From a virus (lineage: Duplodnaviria; Caudoviricetes), in IMG/VR virus record IMGVR_UViG_3300017774_005022, positions 5,657 through 69,656 of that record: DNA of 64,000 bases. One strand, 5' to 3'. Of this stretch, positions 55,675 to 64,000 are shown piece after piece (positions within the stretch are counted from its first letter, which is position 1; each line of letters starts with the position of its first letter). Position numbers and translations under genes: made by a program. The notes beneath the pieces are model-generated. The model made no database searches and had not been told where the DNA came from. It worked only from the letters and a program-made list of their open reading frames with translations.

Positions 55675-57908
55675 ACGATACCCTTCTCCAAAACGTATCC
55701 GAAACTGGTGCGCCCCGTAGTCGTGTAAAAGATTCAAAGTCTTTGCACGAAATCTACCGCAAACTACGAGATGCGGACGATAAATCTTCAAAAAATCGCG
55801 CCGAAATCCAAGCGATGTTTGACGGAGTGCCTCCGTATAGCGATGTAGATCTTATGGCTAGTGGGCAATCCTACCGCTGTAACGTAAATTTTGATGAAGC
55901 CTCCACTATCCAAGAAAGCGCAATGGCTGGCTATGTGGATATTATCCATTCTGTAGAGCATCTCCTATCTTTAAAAACTGATCACGGAGACACCAAAACT
56001 CGTTTGGAGTATTCAAACGTTATTGCTGAAGAACTTACTAGGGCCATACGTTCGTGGCCGCAGTTTAACTTTAACTACCTCCTGCTCTGCCAGTATTTCG
56101 TCACTCATGGTGTGGGCATTGCGTACTGGGAGGATAATATCGACTGGCGTTGGCGCGTTTCGATGTTCGGCGATTTCCTTATCCCACGAAAGACTCTTGC
56201 GTGTGAAGACGAGATCGAAGTTGCTGTGTGCGTCAGGTCTTACCAAGCGCACCAGCTTTATCGCTTTATTGAGGATGCCGAGGCCGCTACCGACATGGGG
56301 TGGAACGTGGAAGAAGTTCGCAAAGCTTTGATTAAAGCCACTAACGGATCTACCGGAACTTTTACCGAGTGGGAAAAACTGCAGATCGAGTTGAAGAATA
56401 ACGACTTGTTTACAGGCACTGCAAACGCCTCAGAAGTAAAAGTTATCCACGCTTGGGTTAAAGAGTTCGATGGTTCGGTGTCCTATTACATGACTCTTGA
56501 GAATAATGAGTCGGAAGGTTTTCTCTGCGTTAAGCGCAGTCTTTACGATCACATCAATAGCGCGTTCGTCTTCTTCCCCTACGGCATTGGCACCAACGGC
56601 TACTATCATTCAATTCGAGGACTAGGCTATAAAATTTTTCCCCAAGTACAACTCAGCAACCGCCTCCGCTGCCAGATGGCAGACGGGGCAATGTTGAGTT
56701 CCACGCTACTGCTCCAGCCCCAGAACGAACAGGCACTTGAAGATCTAAACTTCACTTACTATGGTCCCTACTCCGTACTAGCACCGGACATGATTAACGT
56801 TGTCCCCAACGCCATGCCTGACGTGAGTAGGACCGCCATGCCGTTTTTGCAGGATCTTTCTGCTCAAATGCAGAGTAAAACTGCGAGCTATGATTCCGCG
56901 TCCGCGATATCGGACACCCGAGAGAAATCTAAACTGGAAGTACAGTCCATTCTCTCTAGCCAAGCGCGACTTTCGGTCGCCTCACTGAATCTGTTCTATG
57001 AACCTTGGGGCCGAGTACTCAAGGAAATGGTTCGCAGGTTTGTTCGGGGTGGGTACATGTCCGACGAACCGGGGGGTCGCGAAGTTCAAGATTTTTACAA
57101 TCGATGCGCTTTGCGGGGTATTCCTGTAGAAGCTATCCTCGCTGTCGACCTTAATTCCGTACGTCCTGTGCGAGCAATTGGCGCGGGTTCTGAGGCTGCC
57201 CGACTCCTAGCTACCAACGAGTTGATGGAACTTATGCCCGGTTTTGACGAGTATGGTCGTAAAGCCGCTCAACGAGATCGCGTTGCCGCACGATTTGGTT
57301 ATGATTTGGCGGATCGATACACCCCTGCTCCCGATGCAGAAGCGCGACCTGTTATCGATGTTAAGATCGCTGAACTCGAAAATGGAGACATGCGTTCCGG
57401 AAACCAAGTTCAGGTCCTGCCAAACGAAAATCATTTGGAACACGCCAAAGTTCACCTCGCCGCTCTGGGTCAGACCGCACAAACTGTAGAGGCAGGCCAA
57501 GCCCCAATCGAACAGGTAATTGACTTCCTTGTTAACCTGTACGGCCACGTCACTATTCACGTGGAGGAAGTTTCAAAGGATGCGACCATGCCCGAAGCTG
57601 GTGCAGCATTGAGGAAATCACTCCAGCAATTCGGGGAGATTATTAATAACGGGGTCAAACAAGTTCAAAAATTGCGGGAGCAACAGGAAAATCAAAGTGC
57701 TCCCGGAGCGGAAATGGCTGCTGCTGAGCAACAGTCTAAATACGCGGACACCCTCCAGCAAAAATTGCAGGAACATCAGGCCAAGTTGCAGATGATGCAG
57801 GAAACCCATCAGATGCGCTTGAATTTGCGTCTGGCAGATGTTCAGCAAAAATTAGCCTTGCGTGACGCAGAAGTTGCTAACAAGATCTCCAAGCAAACAC
57901 TCGTCTAA
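55671..57908 (+). CDS. Portal protein
   Basis: 745 aa after terL; F.LLCQYFVTHGVGIAYW, GYYHSIRGLG; helical crown C-terminus. Confidence 0.8.
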   Translation: MNDTLLQNVSETGAPRSRVKDSKSLHEIYRKLRDADDKSSKNRAEIQAMFDGVPPYSDVDLMASGQSYRCNVNFDEASTIQESAMAGYVDIIHSVEHLLSLKTDHGDTKTRLEYSNVIAEELTRAIRSWPQFNFNYLLLCQYFVTHGVGIAYWEDNIDWRWRVSMFGDFLIPRKTLACEDEIEVAVCVRSYQAHQLYRFIEDAEAATDMGWNVEEVRKALIKATNGSTGTFTEWEKLQIELKNNDLFTGTANASEVKVIHAWVKEFDGSVSYYMTLENNESEGFLCVKRSLYDHINSAFVFFPYGIGTNGYYHSIRGLGYKIFPQVQLSNRLRCQMADGAMLSSTLLLQPQNEQALEDLNFTYYGPYSVLAPDMINVVPNAMPDVSRTAMPFLQDLSAQMQSKTASYDSASAISDTREKSKLEVQSILSSQARLSVASLNLFYEPWGRVLKEMVRRFVRGGYMSDEPGGREVQDFYNRCALRGIPVEAILAVDLNSVRPVRAIGAGSEAARLLATNELMELMPGFDEYGRKAAQRDRVAARFGYDLADRYTPAPDAEARPVIDVKIAELENGDMRSGNQVQVLPNENHLEHAKVHLAALGQTAQTVEAGQAPIEQVIDFLVNLYGHVTIHVEEVSKDATMPEAGAALRKSLQQFGEIINNGVKQVQKLREQQENQSAPGAEMAAAEQQSKYADTLQQKLQEHQAKLQMMQETHQMRLNLRLADVQQKLALRDAEVANKISKQTLV

Positions 57909-57909
57909 C

Positions 57910-58146
57910 ATGCAAGTTAACAAACCCCGCCGTATCCAAGAAGGCGAGCCCGGATATGGTCGTAAAAAATTCAAAGTTTTAGCCAGTGAAAACGGCAAGA
58001 CAAAATCTGTCATGTTTGGCGATCCGAACATGACTATTAAAAAAAACATCCCCGAACGTAGGAAGTCTTTCCGTGCCCGACACGGGTGTGATACTAAAAA
58101 ACACAGCAAACTTTCAGCAGCTTATTGGTCTTGTAAGGCTTGGTAG
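57910..58146 (+). CDS. Small basic DUF5754-like protein
   Basis: FGDPNMTIKK..PERRKSFRARHGCD...KLSAAYWSCKAW. Confidence 0.75.
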   Translation: MQVNKPRRIQEGEPGYGRKKFKVLASENGKTKSVMFGDPNMTIKKNIPERRKSFRARHGCDTKKHSKLSAAYWSCKAW

Positions 58147-58147
58147 T

Positions 58148-58423
58148 ATGACACTTAAAGAATGGCACAGCGATCCGGAGCTTCGTATGGCTCTACGAAA
58201 AGTTCTTTCGACACCCCCTATGCGGGAAGCCTTGGAACTACTTACTCAAATTAATTTGCCTAGGTACACCACTCCCCAAAACGGGGACCCGATGATTTCT
58301 TCCGCCCTACAGCACGCCCGAAATTCCGGCTATTTTGATTTTAAACGCGCCCTCACTAAACTTACTGAGGACGCACCAGACCCTAAAAAACAACTCCCCG
58401 AACCTTGGGGCAGTGTTCAATAA
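58148..58423 (+). CDS. Hypothetical head-module protein (91 aa)
   Basis: ORF between portal and scaffold. Confidence 0.6.
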   Translation: MTLKEWHSDPELRMALRKVLSTPPMREALELLTQINLPRYTTPQNGDPMISSALQHARNSGYFDFKRALTKLTEDAPDPKKQLPEPWGSVQ

Positions 58424-58426
58424 TTT

Positions 58427-59632
58427 ATGAGTACAGAAAATACAGCTAATACAGCAACCGAAACCAGCACGTCTCCCACTTCTGCGGCAGACTTAACCCA
58501 GTCCCTGACAGCGGAAACGCCATCATCGACTGTAGACAACGTACCAACCGGAGATTTTGCTTCGTGGCTGGACGATAAATTTAACAGTTTTGAAAAGGGT
58601 CAAGAAGTTGCTCCTTGGGATAAGAAAGAGGAGACGGAGTCCGCAGAGAGTTCAGAGGAGACTAAAACAGAAACCAAGACAGAAGAAGTCGAGGAGAAAT
58701 CCGACACTGAAGAATCGGATGAGGAAGCTGTAAGTGAAGATACCAAGACCATGACGGGGTCTGCGGGAGCTAAATTTAAGGAGCTTAAAACTGAGCTAAA
58801 ATCTTATAAGTCGAAGATTGCAGAGATGGAGAAAATGTTGGCCGACAGAGAAACCCAATCGGGTAACTCTGAAGAATCTTCCCAACAGCTTGAAACTCTA
58901 AAAGCCAAACTCGATGAATACGAACGCGAAATAGCCGTTTCGAGGATTGAAGCTTCCCCTCAGTTTAAAGAGGCAGTTATGGGGCCGACCCAGATTATTT
59001 TGGACTCTGCCATCTCTCTGGCCGAGAAATACGAGGTAGCCCCGAGAAAACTTGTGGATGCCCTGCGGGAAGAAAGTGCAGGAGATGCCTCAGATTCTCT
59101 GACCGAAATGGCAGCTGACTTTAGTGAAAGAGATCGTATCCGGCTCTATCGCATGGCCGACGATCTGGCAGAAGTTTCGCGTAGGCGCGACTTCCTTAAA
59201 CAGAACGCGGCCAAAGCTATGGCCGAAATGACCGAGAAGCAACAAGCTTACGAGGTCGAGGCTGAGAAGAAATATCGTGAAGAGTCACTTAAAGTAGCCA
59301 ATACAACGTGGTCGGAGACCTTTGAGAACAACCCAGTTATCCAGTCCCTCGGAGAGGAAATTGTAAAAGAGTTGCGTTCTTCAGCCACCGAAAGCGATCT
59401 TCTCGACACCGCTCCGGAAGAACGTGCGTACGCTGTGTACGCTGGTGTGGCCCTACCCCACCTTGTTAAAAAATACACTGAAATTGCTAACAAACTAGTC
59501 GAAACTGAAAAAGCTCTCGGCAAGTATAAAAAAGCCACCCCTAAAGTAAGTGGTAACGTCGACACTTCTTCACAGAAGCAAGAAATCGGCGGCTTCTTAG
59601 ATGCGATTGAAAAAAGATTCATATCGGGTTAA
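58427..59632 (+). CDS. Capsid scaffolding protein
   Basis: Acidic disordered N-terminus, long coiled coils, directly upstream of the capsid gene. Confidence 0.8.
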   Translation: MSTENTANTATETSTSPTSAADLTQSLTAETPSSTVDNVPTGDFASWLDDKFNSFEKGQEVAPWDKKEETESAESSEETKTETKTEEVEEKSDTEESDEEAVSEDTKTMTGSAGAKFKELKTELKSYKSKIAEMEKMLADRETQSGNSEESSQQLETLKAKLDEYEREIAVSRIEASPQFKEAVMGPTQIILDSAISLAEKYEVAPRKLVDALREESAGDASDSLTEMAADFSERDRIRLYRMADDLAEVSRRRDFLKQNAAKAMAEMTEKQQAYEVEAEKKYREESLKVANTTWSETFENNPVIQSLGEEIVKELRSSATESDLLDTAPEERAYAVYAGVALPHLVKKYTEIANKLVETEKALGKYKKATPKVSGNVDTSSQKQEIGGFLDAIEKRFISG

Positions 59633-59672
59633 TTTTCTTATTGACTACTTTGGGGCTTTTGTTAATTTGCTA

Positions 59673-59885
59673 TCGTTCGTTGATATAGAACTAAAACTAT
59701 CAAAGCTCGCTCGGAGCTAATATCCGTTCTAAACCAGTCAGAGCTAAAAGGAGATGTAGTTAAAATCACATCTTCTCACGTTGGCTCACGTGAGATCGAA
59801 ATAAATAAAATCGGATAGGAAAGACATCACTTCGTGTGAAGTGTTGTAAAACCTATCCACTAATCTTAGATACCCAAGGAGGGTT
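59673..59885 (+). promoter_or_regulatory. Highly structured leader of the major capsid gene
   Basis: Consecutive hairpins AGCTC/GAGCT, AGATGT/ACATCT, TCTCACG/CGTGAGA, GGATAGG...CACTTC-GTGT-GAAGTG...CCTATCC, and ACCC-AAGGA-GGGT over the SD. Confidence 0.5.
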
Positions 59886-59891
59886 TTTATT

Positions 59892-61067
59892 ATGGCATAT
59901 ACCATCGACTCGTGGCTGGCTGCGGAAAGCGGACGCATCGGCCCCGATATTTACAACAAAACTTTGAACACGTCACCGTGGTTGAAGTTGGTCAAACAAG
60001 ATACGTGGCCCGACGAAATGGGCACCGACATCTCGGTTCTGACCTATTCCCGCTCACTGCCTGAAAGTGCAGACGCCCGTCTAACGTGGAACTCGGTCGG
60101 ATTCAACAACAACTCCAGCGGTGGAACTTGTGTTCCTTCGGCCACCCAAGTTAAGTTCTACAACAAGCTCGTTAGCTACAATCTGAAGCAGACTGCTATT
60201 GAGTCTCCTCCGATCTGCGTTAACGATCTGCGTTTCTCGTTCCGCCGTAAAGACCAGCTGAGCAACATTTTCCGTATCCTTACGGAGAATACCTCGTGGG
60301 CTTGGCAGACGCGCTATCGTGACGAGTACCTCCGTCTGTCCAACAACAAGATTCTGGCTAACGCCTCGATGACCTCCGGCACGGCGAATTTCCCTGCTGC
60401 TGAGCCTACTTCGAAGCTGGTCCAAGGAATCCTTGAGAAGATCCGCATGCGCCTCATCCGTGACGGTGCTGGCAATGATCCGCTTGGTCGCGAGAACGGC
60501 ACTCCGGTGTTCGGCCTCGTTTGCTCCAGTGAGACCTCCTTCGACCTCATCCGCAACCTTGCGGCTGATCGCGAGGATTATCGCTACAGCACCAAAGCCA
60601 ACGATCTGCTTGCTCCCCTCGGTGTCGAGCGTACCTACAAGGGCTTTTATCATCTTATCGATGATTTCATGCCCCGGTATTCCTACAGCGGCGGAACCTA
60701 TACGGAGATTCCTCCGTATGTTAAAGCCACTGCTGGTGGAGTTACCGAGTGGATCGTGAACCCGGCTTACGAACTGGCCCAATATGAAGTCTCCATTGTG
60801 TTCCACAAGGATGTCTATCATTCGGTCATTCCGGCCCCGATCACCAGCCCCGGCGGAAGCACGGCTTTCGATCCGGTTTCTTATCGTGGTGAGTTTAAAT
60901 GGCTCAACATCCGTGATAAGGCAGAAAATCCAGACGGAACTATCGGATATTTCCGAGGCATCCTATCTGCTGGTTCCAAGCCGATCCGGCCTGAGTGGGG
61001 TTACGCGATCATGCACACCCGTTGCGGCAACAATTTGGTTGCATCGCAGCTGGTCACCTGCTCCTAA
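59892..61067 (+). CDS. Major capsid protein
   Basis: 391 aa after the scaffold; strongly biased high-expression codon usage (TCC/CGT/GGT/ATC). Confidence 0.88.
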   Translation: MAYTIDSWLAAESGRIGPDIYNKTLNTSPWLKLVKQDTWPDEMGTDISVLTYSRSLPESADARLTWNSVGFNNNSSGGTCVPSATQVKFYNKLVSYNLKQTAIESPPICVNDLRFSFRRKDQLSNIFRILTENTSWAWQTRYRDEYLRLSNNKILANASMTSGTANFPAAEPTSKLVQGILEKIRMRLIRDGAGNDPLGRENGTPVFGLVCSSETSFDLIRNLAADREDYRYSTKANDLLAPLGVERTYKGFYHLIDDFMPRYSYSGGTYTEIPPYVKATAGGVTEWIVNPAYELAQYEVSIVFHKDVYHSVIPAPITSPGGSTAFDPVSYRGEFKWLNIRDKAENPDGTIGYFRGILSAGSKPIRPEWGYAIMHTRCGNNLVASQLVTCS

Positions 61068-61082
61068 TTAGTAATCATTGGT

Positions 61083-61119
61083 GGGGGAGGGGATAGCTTA
61101 ACAGCAATTCCTCTCCCCC
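61083..61119 (+). terminator. GC-rich hairpin after the capsid gene (terminator/attenuator candidate)
   Basis: GGGGGAGGGG / CCTCTCCCCC stem; no U-tract. Confidence 0.35.
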
Positions 61120-61130
61120 AACCCAATAAA

Positions 61131-61499
61131 ATGGAGTTAGTAATTGCAATCGCTCCGACCCAAATGGGTGGAGGCAAAAAATCTCGCAAGAAATGCGGTT
61201 GTGGAGACAAAAATATGGACGAAAAAACTATTGAATTTATGGCACCGGAAGGTATGGAAATGCCCGAAGGTCTGAATCCCGGAGATACCTTTGAAGCTAT
61301 GGCCACGGTCCAACTTGGGGAAGAGGGTAAACTTAACCTCACCGCCCTTGATGGCATGACTCTCGGCGGTATGGAAGAAGCCGAAGAAGAGGAAGGTGAA
61401 GAAGAGGGTGAAGAGATGACTGCCGAAGGTAATATGTCCGAAGGCGGTTTTCTCGATGCCGTGGAACGTAGGGCTACTTCGGAGAAAATGATGGCGTAA
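61131..61499 (+). CDS. Acidic protein carrying the scaffold-like C-terminal motif
   Basis: Glu-rich; ends GGFLDAVERR, matching the scaffold GGFLDAIEKR. Confidence 0.65.
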   Translation: MELVIAIAPTQMGGGKKSRKKCGCGDKNMDEKTIEFMAPEGMEMPEGLNPGDTFEAMATVQLGEEGKLNLTALDGMTLGGMEEAEEEEGEEEGEEMTAEGNMSEGGFLDAVERRATSEKMMA

Positions 61500-61506
61500 C
61501 TAGCTT

Positions 61507-61860
61507 GTGGCCGACTACCCATACATTGTTGACAATGTAATCCATCCGGTTGGCGATGATTGGGACTCAACTGTTCGCATCAATGACGCGGACGGGAACC
61601 CCAAAAATCTCACCGGATGGGTTTTTTGGGTTACTATTACTAAAGATTTGTCTTGGGACGATGATGAAGCTTACGTCCACAAATCTTTTACCCCAATTTA
61701 TCCGCTGTCCGGAGAAGTAACATTGGCAATAAGTGCCGATCAGCTTATGATTCCGGGACGTTACTATAGAGGCATTAAAGTTAAATCGGCTTCGGGTACC
61801 CGAACAACCCTTGTATCTGGAGTTTTTGATTTGGTGTCTGTACCGACTAAAGCTTTGTGA
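61507..61860 (+). CDS. Small beta-sandwich virion protein (BppU N-terminal-like fibre connector)
   Basis: GDDWDSTVRINDADGNPKNLTG...GEVTLAIS...GRYY...TTLVSG.F pattern. Confidence 0.6.
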   Translation: MADYPYIVDNVIHPVGDDWDSTVRINDADGNPKNLTGWVFWVTITKDLSWDDDEAYVHKSFTPIYPLSGEVTLAISADQLMIPGRYYRGIKVKSASGTRTTLVSGVFDLVSVPTKAL

Positions 61861-64000
61861 ACAATAAAACTTACGAGTTTGATTACGACGAGACAGTTAC
61901 TTCGGCAGGAACTGTCGCGGGTAGAATAGTATCTTACGACATAGTTTTTTCGGACTCTGTACCAACGGATAATGCGTCTTTAATTACTAGCGGAACTCTT
62001 TCTGATGCACGTCTATCCAGTAATGTCCCACTAAAGAACATGGCCAATATTTTTACTCAAAATCAAACGATTAACGGAGATGTGGAAGTAACCGATTCCA
62101 CAAAAGGTATTATTCTTAAAAGTGGTAATAATACTCGCTGGCGTATTACGATCACCGATAGCGGAACATTGCAACGTGTTGCGCTTTCAATACTGGCAGC
62201 ACTAGCAATAGTGTCTAGTTCGACGGCCCAAACAGTCACTGATGTAGTTGTTGGGACCAATGGAGTTCTTGTTGCACCGACAAATTTTTTCACAGCTAAC
62301 CTCCCCAATTGGGCAACCTCTACAAATCCGGCATCAGCGGCATCTAGTCTTGGGCAAACATTGTCCGCCCCCGCTTATCTCAGAACATCCTCACGCGACA
62401 CAGGTAGTAACAATACTGGCGGAATTGTTAGTGCCATAAGTTTCGACGGCATAAACTGGGAAGCGACTCGTAACCATACAATTTTCCCTGTTTTTTCGCG
62501 TGATGCATCACCACTTTGGTATTCAAACAAGTGGGTCTCAATTTATACAGACGCTTTTGGCTCCACAAATAAGACGTTTGGAATTGCGACCTCTACGGAT
62601 CTTTTGAGTTGGCAGACAAATTTCTCGGTGACTCTTACCGGGACAAATACGGTCGGAACGGGAAACAACGTCTGGGCACCAGAATGGTTTGTTGATGGAA
62701 CCAACGTCTATGCGCTTGTTCGTCTTTCAACGACCGCTGGAAACAACTATGGAGCACCGGGGGTTGGGTGGATGAGGGCACTGAATCCCGGTACGTGGAC
62801 AAGTTGGTCGGATTGGACTCCGTTTGATTCAACTGTCCGTGTTGATGCAAACGATTTTTACATTGTCAAAAAGGGCAGCCTCTATTGGCTTTTCAGTCAT
62901 GGAGGGACACATCTGAGTGGAAAACAACCGGCAGGATCAAATGTTGTCAATAACATCACTCTGCAATATTCAACAAACCCATTTGGAAATTACTCTCCCC
63001 TTGTTGAAATTACGGAACCGTTGCGAGCAATTATTCGTCCGGGCAATAGTTCGGCATTTTTTGAGGGACCCTCAGTTGTAAATGTTGAGGGTTCACGCTG
63101 GAGGCTCTTTTTCCAAGACGGCTTAGATAATACGGCTTGGGCTATTGACTCTTACGATGATTTTGCCACTTGGAATACAAACTCGCTTCGTCGTTTGCAA
63201 TATTCGGGATTTGATGGATCGGGACATGGCACTGTGGTTGGCATCAACGCAACCAATCAACAGGGTATAAGACAGGCCGTTCTGGCCTTGGGAACTGGGC
63301 CAACTATTGGTGGAGCGTGGCTGACTAACACCAACGTCACTAACTTCCGAACCGCTATTGGACTGGGTTCAGCAGCTACAAACGATGCTTCGGCATTCCA
63401 GCCCTCCTCGACCAATCTGACCAGCTTGGCATCGAACAATGCCATCAACCTTACAAACTTCCCTGCTTTGCTCCTTCGCACCAACGGTAGTGCAGCGGGA
63501 CTAACGAGCTTCCCGACCCTCAACCAGAATACCACAGGAACGGCAAGCAATGTCACAGGAGTGGTAGCTCTGACCAACGGCGGCACGGGAACAAATACCG
63601 CAGGAGGAGCCCGAACCAATCTTGAACTGGGGATTACCAACAGCGTTACGTTCAGCAATATCACGGCCAACGGAACCCTTGGTGTTAGCAACACCGCTGC
63701 ATTCGCAACCAACGTCTCTGTCGCGGGGAACCTTACGGTAAAGTCGCTGGTTACCAGTGATCCAGTTAACATCATACTAGACGCAACCCAAACATCCGCC
63801 GACACCAACGGGGTTTTGACCCTGCCCGACAACGCTAACTTAATCCGGTTAACGAACAACAACGCGATCAGCGCGGTCACCAATGGGCGGCTTGGGTCAT
63901 TCTACTACCTAGTGAATCAGGTCACCAATGGCACTTCTGTTACTCTTTCCAATGTCGGAGGCATCGTTATCGACGGCGCGGCCAACCTCACGCTGGCCCC
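61857..64000 (+). CDS. Tail fibre/spike with GH43-like five-bladed beta-propeller; 3'-partial, not in ORF track
   Basis: GTG start overlapping the upstream TGA; frame open to the window end (>714 aa). SFDGINW, RDAS, TSTDLLSW, VWAPEW, DANDF, FEGPSV motifs, then RTNL.LG fibre repeats. Confidence 0.85.
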   Translation, partial: MNNKTYEFDYDETVTSAGTVAGRIVSYDIVFSDSVPTDNASLITSGTLSDARLSSNVPLKNMANIFTQNQTINGDVEVTDSTKGIILKSGNNTRWRITITDSGTLQRVALSILAALAIVSSSTAQTVTDVVVGTNGVLVAPTNFFTANLPNWATSTNPASAASSLGQTLSAPAYLRTSSRDTGSNNTGGIVSAISFDGINWEATRNHTIFPVFSRDASPLWYSNKWVSIYTDAFGSTNKTFGIATSTDLLSWQTNFSVTLTGTNTVGTGNNVWAPEWFVDGTNVYALVRLSTTAGNNYGAPGVGWMRALNPGTWTSWSDWTPFDSTVRVDANDFYIVKKGSLYWLFSHGGTHLSGKQPAGSNVVNNITLQYSTNPFGNYSPLVEITEPLRAIIRPGNSSAFFEGPSVVNVEGSRWRLFFQDGLDNTAWAIDSYDDFATWNTNSLRRLQYSGFDGSGHGTVVGINATNQQGIRQAVLALGTGPTIGGAWLTNTNVTNFRTAIGLGSAATNDASAFQPSSTNLTSLASNNAINLTNFPALLLRTNGSAAGLTSFPTLNQNTTGTASNVTGVVALTNGGTGTNTAGGARTNLELGITNSVTFSNITANGTLGVSNTAAFATNVSVAGNLTVKSLVTSDPVNIILDATQTSADTNGVLTLPDNANLIRLTNNNAISAVTNGRLGSFYYLVNQVTNGTSVTLSNVGGIVIDGAANLTLA

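Noticed and set aside
60081-63883. - strand ORFs 60081-60821 and 63257-63883
   Set aside because: Mirror frames of the capsid and fibre genes caused by codon bias.
1-64000. Stop-codon reassignment, diversity-generating retroelement, introns/inteins
   Set aside because: Core genes are full length in code 11 using all three stops; no reverse transcriptase or TR/VR pair; PolA, TerL and helicase show no insertions.

Overview
The window is almost the whole genome of a tailed dsDNA bacteriophage, probably podovirus-like, opened inside the tail-fibre region. The first ORF is open from nt 1, the last ORF runs off nt 64000, and the two share sequence modules. The + strand carries the virion arm: terminase large subunit, portal, scaffold, major capsid and fibre (53-64 kb), then fibre, putative lysin, Cys-rich virion proteins, adaptor and three internal/ejection proteins up to 2814 aa (0-21 kb). 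The - strand carries the replication arm: tyrosine integrase, RuvC-like resolvase, SNF2 helicase-Cas4-like nuclease fusion, SSB-like protein, PolA and primase-helicase. It also carries six small basic genes with shared N-terminal leaders, a 1.9 kb non-coding repeat region (candidate origin or genome end) and an early region with tRNA-Cys, a MoxR AAA, a histone-fold protein, a vWA-metallopeptidase, a DUF3150-like gene and an Nmad5-like gene. An accessory block encodes two free-standing nucleases, a split DUF5872, glycosyltransferases, an O-methyltransferase, dCMP deaminase and RmlC. The integrase and Leu762-type PolA suggest a temperate lifestyle. The integrase style and the A-rich, SD-less start contexts suggest a Verrucomicrobia/PVC-type host (inference). 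Top leads: (1) a 60-aa histone-fold gene coupled to the AAA/vWA module; (2) a cassette of small proteins sharing protein-level-conserved N-terminal leaders, a possible capsid-targeting/injection system; (3) a second protein carrying the scaffold's C-terminal GGFLDA(I/V)E(K/R)R motif; (4) a glycan-modification cassette; (5) a GH43-like fibre with an internal signal peptide; (6) structured RNAs ahead of polA and the capsid gene. All family assignments come from motif recognition by eye; no database search was run.
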